From an uncultured virus (IMG/VR IMGVR_UViG_3300010344_001225) (taxonomy: Duplodnaviria > Heunggongvirae > Uroviricota > Caudoviricetes), in the IMG/VR virus record IMGVR_UViG_3300010344_001225: a DNA stretch of 64,000 nucleotides. One strand, written 5' to 3'. Both the position numbers and the translations under genes were made by a program. This document shows, piece after piece, positions 26,137 through 35,763 of this stretch (position 1 is the first letter of the stretch; each line of letters opens with the position of its first letter). The notes under the pieces were generated by a model that did not search any database, had not been told where the DNA came from, and saw only the letters and a program-made list of their open reading frames with translations.

Positions 26137-28971
26137 CTACACTGTTCCAAGATTTCTGAGGGATGCTTTCCCTCGCTGATACTGAATCTGAGATACCACG
26201 GTGGTGATGACCTTGCCGTCAATCATGATCGGCTGAGACAGTTTCACTTCACCGTAGTCTCCGCCGCTGATACCGCCCTGAACCGATGCGGTCAGATTGG
26301 CATTCATATCCGGCAGAGCTTTTTTCAGATTCATCACATCCGCTACACCGGAGATGGCTTTAGCAATCAGCGGTCTGTTCTTACGAATACCCTCCGCTAT
26401 ACCCTTCATGAAGTCCGGCATCCAGTTTTCAAAATCTGTCAAAGGACCTTTGTCCGGCACAGAGAAGTGCAAGTAAGAACGAATGGTGGATGCCACACTG
26501 CTGGCTGCGTCTGCAACAGAACCGATCATGGCTCTAATACCATTAATGATGTTCTGAATAATATCCCGTCCCCAGCTATAGGCTTGGGAAGCAAGATTTA
26601 AGATATAATTCTTCGCACTCTCGAAACCGTTCTGAATCGCACCACGGATGTTATTCACCGTTCCGGTAATGGCAGACAGCATGTTGTTAAATGCTGTGGT
26701 GATAGCATTCCAGATAGCGTTGGCAATGGTGGTCACCGTGGTCTGGATGGTGTTCCATGCCGTACTGATGAAAGTCGAAATGGAAGTCATCACAGTCGTG
26801 ACCGTGGTGGAGATTGCTGTCCATATGGTGGTGAAGAATGTGCTGATGGCATTCCATACCGTCTGGGTTACGGTCAGGATCGTATTCCACGCATTGGAAA
26901 GAAATTCAGAAACCGCTGTCACTACCGTCTGGAAAGTCGTAGAAATCGCAGTCCAAATGGTGACAAAAAAGGTACTGATTGCCGTCCATACCGTTGTTGC
27001 CGTTTCGGATATGACTGTCCACGCATTGGTCAGGAACTCAGAAATGGCAGTAACCACCGTAGTGAAGATAGTTTTGATATTCTCCCATAGGGTCGTGAAG
27101 AACTCACAGATAGCGTTCCACGCTGTGGTAATAGCTTCTCCCATTGCCTGCCAAGCTTCCGCAAGCCACTGCCCCACTGCGGATACAACCGCTTTGATGT
27201 TTTCCCACAGGTCGATCCAGAACTGACGGAACTCTTCACAGTTGTTCCAAAGGTAGATAAAGGCTGCAACTAATGCCGCAATCGCAGCGATAATCAGAAT
27301 GATTGGGTTAGCAGCCAACACAGCATTCAATGCTCCGAAAGCGGTCTTCACCGTACTGATGATTCCTGACAGTTTTGGAAGAATCGTCATTAGTGAACCA
27401 ACGCCGGAGATGATCTTTCCTCCGATAATCAGTACCGGCGACAGAATGGCAATAAAGGAGCCAAGCTGAACGATAAAGTTCTTCGTGCCGTCCGACAGGT
27501 TATTCCACCAGTTCAGCACCACCTGCAAAACGCTCATAAGGTTGCGAAGGATTGGAATCAGAATGTTTCCGATATCCACCGCCACCGCTTTGAAGGCTTC
27601 CTTTAACTGGCTGACCTGTGATGCAAAGGTCTGATACCGCTTGCTTGCTTCATCCGTCAGCGCCGTATTGTTCTGATAAGCCTGACTGGATGTATCGATA
27701 GCATCCGAAAGGACACCGGAAGCAAGAGCCAAGGATTTTAACATATTGGACTGACGGACACCGCTCATGCCCAATTCATCAAGAACGAGGGTGGCGCTTT
27801 CGCCCTTTTCATCCAAAGAGCCAAGCCCTGCGATAAAAGCCTGCAATGCCACGATGGGTCTATCTTCCCATGCTTTCGCAAACTCGGCAGAGGACATTCC
27901 GGCAACAGAAGCAATTCTGTCAAGGGCTGCTGTTGAACCGTTAGCTGCATCGGAAGCGGCTTTTTCGATTGCCGTTAAGGTCTGCGTCATGGCAGTACCA
28001 CCGGCTTCGGCTTCGATACCTACAGAACTCATGGCTGTAGAAAGCGCCAGAATGTCGGTAGTCGTTAAGCCTGCCAATGTACCGGCAGAAGCAAGCCGTG
28101 TACTCATGGCAACGATAGATGCTTCATCGGTGGCGAAATTATTACCAAGGTCAACGATGGCAGCACCCAGTCGGTCTACATTGCTTGTAGATTCACCGGT
28201 GATGTTGAGGAACCTTGCAAGAGCAACGGCGGCTTCATCCGCAGAAAGGTTCGTGGAGTCACCGAGCATGACCATAGTTTTGGTAAACTCAAGAAGATGT
28301 TCCTTTGAGATACCAAGCTGACCGGCGGCTTCGGCAACCGCCGCAATATCCTCCGCAGAAGATGCGGTCTCCGTTGCCATTTTCTGAATACCGGCAGCAA
28401 GCTGTTCATACTCTTCTTCGGTGGCATCCGTTGTTTTCTTGACACCGGCAAAGGCGGATTCCCAGTCGGTTGCGGCTTTTACACCGGCAACACCCACAGC
28501 CGCTACGGTTGCAGAAAGCGGAGCCAGGGATTTTCCCACACCGGTGATGGTATTGCCGACGCTTTGAAGCTTCGTGCCGGTTGCGGCAATCTTCTCTAAA
28601 GCGACAGCCGACTTGGAGGCTTGTGCTTCCAGGTCTTTCAGCTTGGCTTCCGTTTCGGCGATCTCCCTTTGCAGGGCATCATACTGCGCCTGGGAGATGT
28701 CTCCCCGCTGAAGGGCTTCATTGGCCTGTTCTGCCGCTATCTTTAAGGTTGCCAGCTTCTCTTTGGTTTCGGCAATGGCATCTTTTAAGAGCTTCTGCTT
28801 TTGGGTTAACAGTTCCGTATTGCCGGGATCAAGCTTGAGGAGTTTCTCCACATCTTTCAGAGCCGCCTGCGTATTTTTGATTTCACTGTTAACGTCTTTT
28901 AAGGCAGTCTGCAGCTTGGTGGTATCGCCGCCGATTTCGACGGTTATACCTTTGATTCGGCTTCCGGCCAT
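26137..28971 (-). CDS. Tail tape measure protein
   Basis: RIKGITVEIGGDTT, WESAFAGVKKT, Trp-periodic helical repeats, LHFSVPDKGPL. Confidence 0.95.
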   Translation of the reverse strand: MAGSRIKGITVEIGGDTTKLQTALKDVNSEIKNTQAALKDVEKLLKLDPGNTELLTQKQKLLKDAIAETKEKLATLKIAAEQANEALQRGDISQAQYDALQREIAETEAKLKDLEAQASKSAVALEKIAATGTKLQSVGNTITGVGKSLAPLSATVAAVGVAGVKAATDWESAFAGVKKTTDATEEEYEQLAAGIQKMATETASSAEDIAAVAEAAGQLGISKEHLLEFTKTMVMLGDSTNLSADEAAVALARFLNITGESTSNVDRLGAAIVDLGNNFATDEASIVAMSTRLASAGTLAGLTTTDILALSTAMSSVGIEAEAGGTAMTQTLTAIEKAASDAANGSTAALDRIASVAGMSSAEFAKAWEDRPIVALQAFIAGLGSLDEKGESATLVLDELGMSGVRQSNMLKSLALASGVLSDAIDTSSQAYQNNTALTDEASKRYQTFASQVSQLKEAFKAVAVDIGNILIPILRNLMSVLQVVLNWWNNLSDGTKNFIVQLGSFIAILSPVLIIGGKIISGVGSLMTILPKLSGIISTVKTAFGALNAVLAANPIILIIAAIAALVAAFIYLWNNCEEFRQFWIDLWENIKAVVSAVGQWLAEAWQAMGEAITTAWNAICEFFTTLWENIKTIFTTVVTAISEFLTNAWTVISETATTVWTAISTFFVTIWTAISTTFQTVVTAVSEFLSNAWNTILTVTQTVWNAISTFFTTIWTAISTTVTTVMTSISTFISTAWNTIQTTVTTIANAIWNAITTAFNNMLSAITGTVNNIRGAIQNGFESAKNYILNLASQAYSWGRDIIQNIINGIRAMIGSVADAASSVASTIRSYLHFSVPDKGPLTDFENWMPDFMKGIAEGIRKNRPLIAKAISGVADVMNLKKALPDMNANLTASVQGGISGGDYGEVKLSQPIMIDGKVITTVVSQIQYQRGKASLRNLGTV

Positions 28972-28991
28972 GGTTCATCCTCCTCTCTAAC

Positions 28992-29156
28992 TCAAAATTG
29001 ATCGAACTGATCCTGACCTGCGACCACATCAAATGTTTCCGAGTCCCTTTGGCTCTCAGTCACCATGTCAGTGATCATTCCGATGGTGAGCAGGTCGAGA
29101 TCCCGAATGGAGATCCCTAACTGCACACATCGGAGCATAAAGAGCGGGGTGGTCAT
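28992..29156 (-). CDS. Tail assembly chaperone -1 frameshift extension (gpT-like)
   Basis: MTTPLFMLRCVQLGISIRDLDLLTIGM... in the -1 frame, open from slippery A-AAA-AAC at 29177-29183. Confidence 0.8.
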   Translation of the reverse strand: MTTPLFMLRCVQLGISIRDLDLLTIGMITDMVTESQRDSETFDVVAGQDQFDQF

Positions 29157-29530
29157 TTCCCGCTCAGTTTTTGGAAGTTTTTTTTAGACTTGACCTCGGA
29201 TTCGATGTTCAGCCCCCACAGTTCAATGATCTGCGGAAGCACCTGATAAATACTGAAGGTGTTGAAATCCTCCAGCCACTCTTCCGGTGTATCCGGAATG
29301 GTCGGGTCTGCATGACGAGCCATCATATAAGCAATGTTTTCGAAGAGCTCCAGTGAGAAGGTATCCAGCATGGAGCCGTCCTCGGTGCTGGTATCCACCG
29401 CTTTTTCAAGCTGTGCCAAATCTTTATAAATGTCTCTGCGAAACTTAATTCTGTAGAGACGGGGAATGGCGGCAGAGGCTCTGAACAGAACCTCTTTGCC
29501 GTCGATTTCTATTTTCTTTGTAAGTGCCAT
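29153..29530 (-). CDS. Tail assembly chaperone (gpG-like)
   Basis: Between major tail and tape measure genes; ends SKKN at the slippery site. Confidence 0.85.
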   Translation of the reverse strand: MALTKKIEIDGKEVLFRASAAIPRLYRIKFRRDIYKDLAQLEKAVDTSTEDGSMLDTFSLELFENIAYMMARHADPTIPDTPEEWLEDFNTFSIYQVLPQIIELWGLNIESEVKSKKNFQKLSGK

Positions 29531-29541
29531 AGATGTCCTCC

Positions 29542-30372
29542 TTACTCGTCTTCAACCGTCAGAGTCAATACTGCCGTATTGCCGGTAGTTCTTCCGCTAT
29601 CGGTCAGGGTGACGGTGTACAGCACATCGGTTCTCGTCTGGTCAGTAGTTGTCAGAGTTAGCGTCGAACCGGAAACAGAAGCCTGTACCATACCGGAGGC
29701 TTCCCCATCAACGGTTACTGCCGCCGTTACCGTACCGAGGGCGTTGAGGATTGTTGCCGTTCCGCTGTCTTCGAGCCCGAGTGTCAGGGTCGCAGGATTG
29801 ACGGCAAAATCAGCATTCTGCGGCACATACACATTGGAGAACCAGCTGTTGTATGCGGTCGCATTGGTGGTGTCGGACGTTCTTGCCTTCACATAGCCGC
29901 CCTCCAACGGAGCCGCCTTGATGGTCAGCTTTTCGGTCTTGACCTCAATTTCCTCTTCCTTGGTAGCCGATTCGATGGTCGGACGGGATGCCGTGCAGTT
30001 GTAAAGAACGTGACGGATCTTGTTTTTATCCCCATCGAACTCAAAGAGCAGCGCAAAGGCAGCGGTTTCGGCCGTGGCGTCTTCCACCAGCACGTTATTG
30101 CTGTCCATAGTTTCTTTCAGTACGTCGGTACGGAAAGAATCGGGAACAAGTGCAATTTCAAGGTCACCTTCATAACCCTGGTTGTTGGACACCACATAGT
30201 AGGCGTACCCATCCGCAAAAAAGATGGACGGCTCGCCATTGGCTTCGAGGGAAAGGGAGACAGCGCCGGGGATATGCACCGGTGTTCCGAACACAGGATT
30301 GCCCTGTGTGTCAAAAGTAAGAAGCGCATAATGGACGTTTCTCAGGTTATACTTCACTTTGTTTTTGGGCAT
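29542..30372 (-). CDS. Major tail protein (phi13 family) with Ig-like C-terminal extension
   Basis: [40 protein letters not shown]; Thr/Val-rich tail. Confidence 0.92.
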   Translation of the reverse strand: MPKNKVKYNLRNVHYALLTFDTQGNPVFGTPVHIPGAVSLSLEANGEPSIFFADGYAYYVVSNNQGYEGDLEIALVPDSFRTDVLKETMDSNNVLVEDATAETAAFALLFEFDGDKNKIRHVLYNCTASRPTIESATKEEEIEVKTEKLTIKAAPLEGGYVKARTSDTTNATAYNSWFSNVYVPQNADFAVNPATLTLGLEDSGTATILNALGTVTAAVTVDGEASGMVQASVSGSTLTLTTTDQTRTDVLYTVTLTDSGRTTGNTAVLTLTVEDE

Positions 30373-30694
30373 TTTCTTGTACCTCCGTTTGAAATGAATA
30401 AAGAACCTCGTAGAGCTTTTCGGAGTCGATCCAGACTTCCGATTTGTTGTAGAAGATCTCGGCTTCATCCAGCACGTCTTCCACGATCAGCTCCGTTTCG
30501 GGGTCCTTGTAGTCGGTATACAGTTCGATGTGAACTGTATTAAACTTCTTGTACACTCTGCCGTCAGCGGAGAAGTTGTCGCTTTCCGGACAGAGATAAC
30601 AGATGAAAGGCGGGTCGGGAGACTCACCTTCCGCAAAATGGTCATAGGCATAAGGAATGCCCATGGCTTTCAGTAATTCGACAATGGTTTCCAT
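30347..30694 (-). CDS. Tail terminator / completion protein
   Basis: PYAYDHF, PPFICY, NFSADG, IELYTD; position. Confidence 0.8.
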   Translation of the reverse strand: METIVELLKAMGIPYAYDHFAEGESPDPPFICYLCPESDNFSADGRVYKKFNTVHIELYTDYKDPETELIVEDVLDEAEIFYNKSEVWIDSEKLYEVLYSFQTEVQENAQKQSEV

Positions 30695-30698
30695 AGGC

Positions 30699-31073
30699 TT
30701 ATCCCTCCAGTGCCTTTTCGATATCTTTCAAGAGCTTATCCTCCGCCGCTTCCTCTGCGGGTGCGATATGAGGAATGGCTCTTACTCTTCCGCCGCCTCG
30801 TTTGGCATGACCATGCTCCAGAAGATGAGGCAGACCCGGAACAGATGAATACACCGTCACCTGAATGGCGTTAGCGTTTTCCGATGTGGTTTTGTTTCTC
30901 CAGCTTTTTGCATACTTGCCGGTTCTCACCGGAGCGTTGGCGGAGACCTCTTCCTTACAGAACTTGCCTGCGTCTTTGACGGATTTTTTCATTTCGTCTG
31001 TTGAGAGTTTGGCGTATTCCTCCAAACCCTTCATAACGGCATCCGCAAGGCCGTCAACAGATACCCGTTCCAT
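30699..31073 (-). CDS. HK97 gp10-family protein
   Basis: APVRTGKYAKSW, HLLEHGH, PHIAPA. Confidence 0.88.
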   Translation of the reverse strand: MERVSVDGLADAVMKGLEEYAKLSTDEMKKSVKDAGKFCKEEVSANAPVRTGKYAKSWRNKTTSENANAIQVTVYSSVPGLPHLLEHGHAKRGGGRVRAIPHIAPAEEAAEDKLLKDIEKALEG

Positions 31074-31075
31074 AC

Positions 31076-31417
31076 CTACCGCCTCGCTTTCATGCACATG
31101 ATCTTCACGGACTTCTTCCTGTAATTCATGTGGTCAATGCCGGTGATGTTGTAAAGATCCCCCTTAAACAGCACACGGTATTCGGTAGAAGTGACTGTCG
31201 AGATGCTCTGACACCACCGAATGGTAAAGGCGATCTTGCCCTTTTCCACCCTTTGTCCGGCTTCCTCCGCTTCGGAACTGACCGAGCTTTCTTCTCCGCT
31301 GACCGTTGCATGGCAAGAATAGTAATCCGTCCAGACTTCCCGGTGGTTTCCGATGTCGTCCACAGTTGGCACGTTCTTTTGAATCGTGATTTTTTCATTC
31401 ATTGCACCGATGTCCAT
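31076..31417 (-). CDS. Head closure / head-tail adaptor
   Basis: NEKITIQ, DDIGN, FTIRW, YNITGID. Confidence 0.85.
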   Translation of the reverse strand: MDIGAMNEKITIQKNVPTVDDIGNHREVWTDYYSCHATVSGEESSVSSEAEEAGQRVEKGKIAFTIRWCQSISTVTSTEYRVLFKGDLYNITGIDHMNYRKKSVKIMCMKARR

Positions 31418-31695
31418 CAGAATGCCGCCTTTCTGTACCCTTCGAGAATCGACCACAAGTCAAGCTTCAGCTTCTTATGATCGGCTTCCTCACGATGCTC
31501 ATAAAGATATGCCACCGTATAAAGCAAAGCAATGTGGGTCTTTTCATCGGTCGCAGCGATATACTCCTCCACCGTATGGCGGGAAACATCGGCGCAGATG
31601 TCGATAGCAGAATCGATCAGACTTTGGATAAGCGAATCATCATCGGTGTAATCCACACGAAGATAGGTTTTTGTTTCTGCCAGTGTAATGGTCAT
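31417..31695 (-). CDS. Head-tail connector (gp6-like)
   Basis: ITLAETKTYLRVD..DDSLI, YLYEHRE. Confidence 0.9.
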   Translation of the reverse strand: MTITLAETKTYLRVDYTDDDSLIQSLIDSAIDICADVSRHTVEEYIAATDEKTHIALLYTVAYLYEHREEADHKKLKLDLWSILEGYRKAAF

Positions 31696-31752
31696 GTGTC
31701 CCTCCAAAAGAAGGACGGCACCGAAGTATTTCATCCGATGCCGCCCGATTCT

Positions 31753-32091
31753 TTATTCCTTCAAGATGCCTGCCGAGCGAAGCCGCACAAGCAGGTAGTT
31801 ATTGAGAAAGGCATTGATGCCTGCAACATCCGTAGCTTCGCAGTCTTCCAAATCATCCACGGCAAGCACACCGCCTGCCACGGTCTTGGAAGCCGCCGCC
31901 ACCGAAATCGTGCCGGAGTTGACGTTCAAGCCGTCCCCGACCTTCACGATACCTTTCTGGGATTTCGTAGCCGTAGGCACGGCAGTGAAAGAACCGCCTT
32001 CCACTTCACAGCCTTCCTCAAAAATGACTTTACCGCCGAAATGGGTGGTTTCGCCGCCCTGTTCGGTATAGTTTTTTGCGTTATAGCTCAT
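31753..32091 (-). CDS. Head fiber / decoration protein
   Basis: MSYNAKNYTEQGG, GIVKVG, L.SAGIL; follows capsid gene. Confidence 0.7.
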   Translation of the reverse strand: MSYNAKNYTEQGGETTHFGGKVIFEEGCEVEGGSFTAVPTATKSQKGIVKVGDGLNVNSGTISVAAASKTVAGGVLAVDDLEDCEATDVAGINAFLNNYLLVRLRSAGILKE

Positions 32092-32160
32092 TGCTTTATC
32101 CTCCATAATTATGTGGGACAGCCACAGTTTCCCATGACTGTCCCGTTGGTTTTATGCCTC

Positions 32161-33363
32161 TTAGTTTGCCTTCTGCTGAAGCACCTTGATGGCTTCGGGA
32201 AGGATGAGTCTTCCGTCCAGACGCTTAGAAACCAGGAAGCCGACCTGACCGTTACCGGCATAAAGCTCGTTCAGACGCTTGATGCTGATACCCTGACGGT
32301 CGCCTACCCAATAGTAATAAAAGTCGCCGAACGCGATGGTCTTTGCACCAGCAGCGATTTCCGGAGCGAATGCAGAGGTGAAGTAACGCTTACCGAGAAT
32401 GGTATCGACTTCCCCATCCTTGATGGCAGGCTGCCACAGATAATTTCCGGTGCCGTCCTTCAGCTTGCGGATCGCCTTGATGGTGGAATCGTTGAGAATC
32501 CAGATGGCATTCTTGCGGTAAGGAGACTTGAGGCTGTAGAACAGGTCAATCAGCTCATCCGCAGTGATTGCCGTTGCACTGTTGGTGGTAACGCCCACCT
32601 GTGCGCCGCCGGTTCCGTTGAGGATGCCGGTGGGCTTATGGCTGCCGTCACCGTTTAAGAAGCCGTCTTCTTCCTTTGCGCCGATTCTGCGGGCAAACTC
32701 GCCGTGGATATACTGTTCCAGGTTGAAAGCGGAATCCTGCAGGAGTTCCTCGGATACCTTGATGAGAGAACCCACCTTGTGGGCATCCAGGTTCACCTGA
32801 CCGAAAACTTCATCGGATTCGGTGTAGGCATCTTCCTCTTCCATCCAGGAAGCAGTACCGTGAGAAGCCACGACCGGGATCTTGTGCAGACCGTTGGAAG
32901 TGGTGATCACGTGGGCATGGGCACGGATGACGTTTTCCTCTTCCAGTCCCTTGATGAGCTGATGTTCAAACTCATCCGGAACGAGGTAGCCACCCTCAGA
33001 ATCAGTGCCTTCGGAGAGAGCATTTCTCAGTTCCGGAGTAACGCCCCTCATACGGATCTGGTTCCAGAACGCCTTTTTGTAGGCATCGGAAGCACGACCG
33101 GTCTTGGTGTCGTTCTTCTGATTATCGGGTTTGGAAGTGAGAGGGGTATTGACAGCCGCCTGCATTTCACGTTCCATAGCATCCAGTCTTTCCTGACGGT
33201 CAATTTCATGACCGAGATCTACGATTTCCTGTTCCATACGCTCATAGGTCTGCGTATCCTCTGCGGACAGGAGACCCTTTTCGTTGCGGTGGGAATCCAG
33301 GAATGCCTTTGCCTGTTCCCAGGTCTTTGCACGGTTGGTGCGCAGTTCATTGATTTTGCTCAT
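32161..33363 (-). CDS. Major capsid protein, HK97 fold
   Basis: SEGGYLVPDEF, VSEELLQDS, GDGSHKPTGI, FGDF, RLDG. Confidence 0.95.
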   Translation of the reverse strand: MSKINELRTNRAKTWEQAKAFLDSHRNEKGLLSAEDTQTYERMEQEIVDLGHEIDRQERLDAMEREMQAAVNTPLTSKPDNQKNDTKTGRASDAYKKAFWNQIRMRGVTPELRNALSEGTDSEGGYLVPDEFEHQLIKGLEEENVIRAHAHVITTSNGLHKIPVVASHGTASWMEEEDAYTESDEVFGQVNLDAHKVGSLIKVSEELLQDSAFNLEQYIHGEFARRIGAKEEDGFLNGDGSHKPTGILNGTGGAQVGVTTNSATAITADELIDLFYSLKSPYRKNAIWILNDSTIKAIRKLKDGTGNYLWQPAIKDGEVDTILGKRYFTSAFAPEIAAGAKTIAFGDFYYYWVGDRQGISIKRLNELYAGNGQVGFLVSKRLDGRLILPEAIKVLQQKAN

Positions 33364-33379
33364 GGTAAAATATCCTCCG

Positions 33380-34153
33380 TTATTTCAAAAGTTCGAGCCT
33401 TTTTTCAAGCTCGGTAATCGGTGTGCCGGTTTCCCCCGGCTGGGGTTCGGGTTTGGGTTCTTCGACAGATTCCTGCTCCTCCGCTTTTTCTGCGGATTTG
33501 CATTTGGCTGTCAGTTTGTTCAGAAGAGCCATTTCGGTCTTTCTGCCTGAGAAGCTGAAAGAGGCATCACTGCACTTCTTCTTTTTCTCATCGGTCAGGA
33601 CATCGTCCGCAAAACCAAGCTCAATGGCTTTGTTTGCGTTCATCCATGTTTCCTGATCCATCAGATGACTGAGTTTTGCTCTCGACATGCCGGTCTTAAT
33701 CTCATAAGCATTGATAATGCTTTCTTTGACCTCATCCAGCATATCGATGGCTTTCTCCATATCATCGTGATTGCCAAAGGCAATGGTCATGGGGTTATGG
33801 ATCATCATCATGGCCGTGGGAGCCATCAGGACATTGGTACCCGCCATAGCCACAACAGACGCAGCGGATGCCGCAATGCCGTCAATCTTGACTGTCACGT
33901 TTCCCTTGTAATCCATAAGCATTGCGTAGATCTGACTGGCAGCAATGCAATCGCCGCCTGGACTGTTCAGCCAGATTGTCACAGGACCGTCACCGGCGAA
34001 CAGCTCATCATGGAACATCTGCGGAGTCACATCGTCATCAAACCATGATTCTTCAGCGATGGTTCCGTACAGTTCCAGGATTCGCTCAACCTGTCCCGAC
34101 TCTGTGTCTGTCTGGTTTACCCAGTTCCAGAACTTCTTTTTGTTCTGATTCAT
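33380..34153 (-). CDS. ClpP-type prohead protease
   Basis: NSPGGD, GIAASAAS, MMIHNP, ETWM. Confidence 0.93.
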   Translation of the reverse strand: MNQNKKKFWNWVNQTDTESGQVERILELYGTIAEESWFDDDVTPQMFHDELFAGDGPVTIWLNSPGGDCIAASQIYAMLMDYKGNVTVKIDGIAASAASVVAMAGTNVLMAPTAMMMIHNPMTIAFGNHDDMEKAIDMLDEVKESIINAYEIKTGMSRAKLSHLMDQETWMNANKAIELGFADDVLTDEKKKKCSDASFSFSGRKTEMALLNKLTAKCKSAEKAEEQESVEEPKPEPQPGETGTPITELEKRLELLK

Positions 34154-35453
34154 TGGAATTGGAATCCTCCTCTACATAATTCTTTTCATTTGTTTCGCTC
34201 GTCATATTGCGATTATCCAGATAGGCCGCGCCCGACATCGACAAAGGTAATACGTTCCCGTTAACCAAATAGAGATCACCGCCCTCTTCCGCAGGAATGC
34301 GGTCGAGGTTTTCCAGTTCTCTGATGTCGTTTGCGGACATCCAGCCGTTTTGTCTTGCGGTGGCGTAGCCCTGCATACGGCTTGCGTAGTCTCCTCTCAG
34401 AAGCCCCTCAACATTAAACTTGAAGAACAGTTCTTTCTTTTCTTCGGCAGAAAAAAGAGCCCGTGACAGGCTCTGTTCCCAGCGGATCACCCACGGGTCA
34501 AGACTGTATTTCACGAACTCAAGTGACTGTTGTTCAATATTGGAAAAGGAACTCTTATCGAGGTCTCCCACCATATGAGGCGGGATGCGGAAAATACGGG
34601 CGATTTCATCGATCTGAAATTTTCTCGTTTCAAGGAACTGTGCCTCTTGGGGCTTGATACCGATAGGCACATAGTGAAGCCCATTTTCCAGTACCGGTGT
34701 TTTTCCGGCATTTCCGCTACCGCCGAACTGAGACTGCCATGCGGTTCTCAACTTATCCGGATCATTTAATGTGGTCGGATATTCGAGAACACCGGAAGGG
34801 GCTGCACCGTTAGCAAAGAACTTGGCTCCATATTCCTCACAGGCAATGGCCATACCGATGGCATTCTTTGCCATGGCAATCGGCGAATACCCCACGATAC
34901 CGTCAAAGCCAAGTCCCGGAACATGCAATACCTCGGACGGATCAAGGACAACCATGCCGCTTTTCATAGTCGGCGCATCCTCGTTTGACATCTGGTATTG
35001 ATAAAACAAATGTCCGTCTTTATCTCTGTCCACGGTCATTCGGCTCGGCATCAAAGGATACAGTGCTATGACCTCTCCTTTTCCGTTCCGGATGATCTGT
35101 GCGTAAGCGTTGCCCCACAGCAAAAGGTGGGTCATGAGCGTTTCCCGAAAAACAAAGGATGTCATTTCAGGATTCGGCTCATCGTGGAGCAACCTATACA
35201 GCGTGTGGTCGGTTGCCTTTTCCTTGCCGCCCTCATCGTTATATCGATAAAGGTGCAGCGGAAGTCCGGCAATCGCCTCCGACAGAATACGCACACAGGC
35301 GTAAACCGCCGTCATCTGCATGGCTGACCGTTCGTTGACATATTTACCGGATGTGGAGCCGCCCATGTAAAAGGTATACCCGCTTCCGGCTGTCCGGTTC
35401 TGAGGAGCATCCCTCGACTTGAATAAACCTGATATTGCTTCTTTGATTCCCAT
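34086..35453 (-). CDS. Portal protein, HK97 family
   Basis: AVYACVRIL, LLWGNAY, GYSPI, EIARIFRIPP, FSNIEQQ. Confidence 0.95.
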   Translation of the reverse strand: MGIKEAISGLFKSRDAPQNRTAGSGYTFYMGGSTSGKYVNERSAMQMTAVYACVRILSEAIAGLPLHLYRYNDEGGKEKATDHTLYRLLHDEPNPEMTSFVFRETLMTHLLLWGNAYAQIIRNGKGEVIALYPLMPSRMTVDRDKDGHLFYQYQMSNEDAPTMKSGMVVLDPSEVLHVPGLGFDGIVGYSPIAMAKNAIGMAIACEEYGAKFFANGAAPSGVLEYPTTLNDPDKLRTAWQSQFGGSGNAGKTPVLENGLHYVPIGIKPQEAQFLETRKFQIDEIARIFRIPPHMVGDLDKSSFSNIEQQSLEFVKYSLDPWVIRWEQSLSRALFSAEEKKELFFKFNVEGLLRGDYASRMQGYATARQNGWMSANDIRELENLDRIPAEEGGDLYLVNGNVLPLSMSGAAYLDNRNMTSETNEKNYVEEDSNSNESEQKEVLELGKPDRHRVGTG

Positions 35454-35558
35454 TTCATTCTCCGTTTCTGATTATTTTCATCAACTTCATTACTGTTTTA
35501 CAGATACCAGCTATGGCATCCGCTCTGGCATATAAGTGTCTGAATGCTTTTTCCATGT

Positions 35559-35753
35559 TTACCTCGTTTCTGTTGCGGTGGTATAAAGGGTTTTATTGCA
35601 CCAGGGACATTTCACTACCACCGTATCTTCGTTGTACTGCCCCATTTGAATCTCGTATTCGTCTTTCAATGCTTCAAAAACACAGCCGCAGTTATAACAC
35701 CGCAGCCGTAACTTCTTCGGTTTCGGGTCACTGCCCGGTACGATTATTTTCAT
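35559..35753 (-). CDS. Small zinc-ribbon protein between terminase and portal
   Basis: CYNCGC...CPWC; AAGGAG before ATG. Confidence 0.6.
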   Translation of the reverse strand: MKIIVPGSDPKPKKLRLRCYNCGCVFEALKDEYEIQMGQYNEDTVVVKCPWCNKTLYTTATETR

Positions 35754-35763
35754 TGTCTGCTCC

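Noticed and set aside
26600..27260. Tandem repeats in the tape measure gene
   Set aside because: Ordinary Trp/Phe-periodic helical repeats of tape measure proteins
31402..32658. 418-aa plus-strand ORF
   Set aside because: Antisense to capsid, head fiber and connector genes
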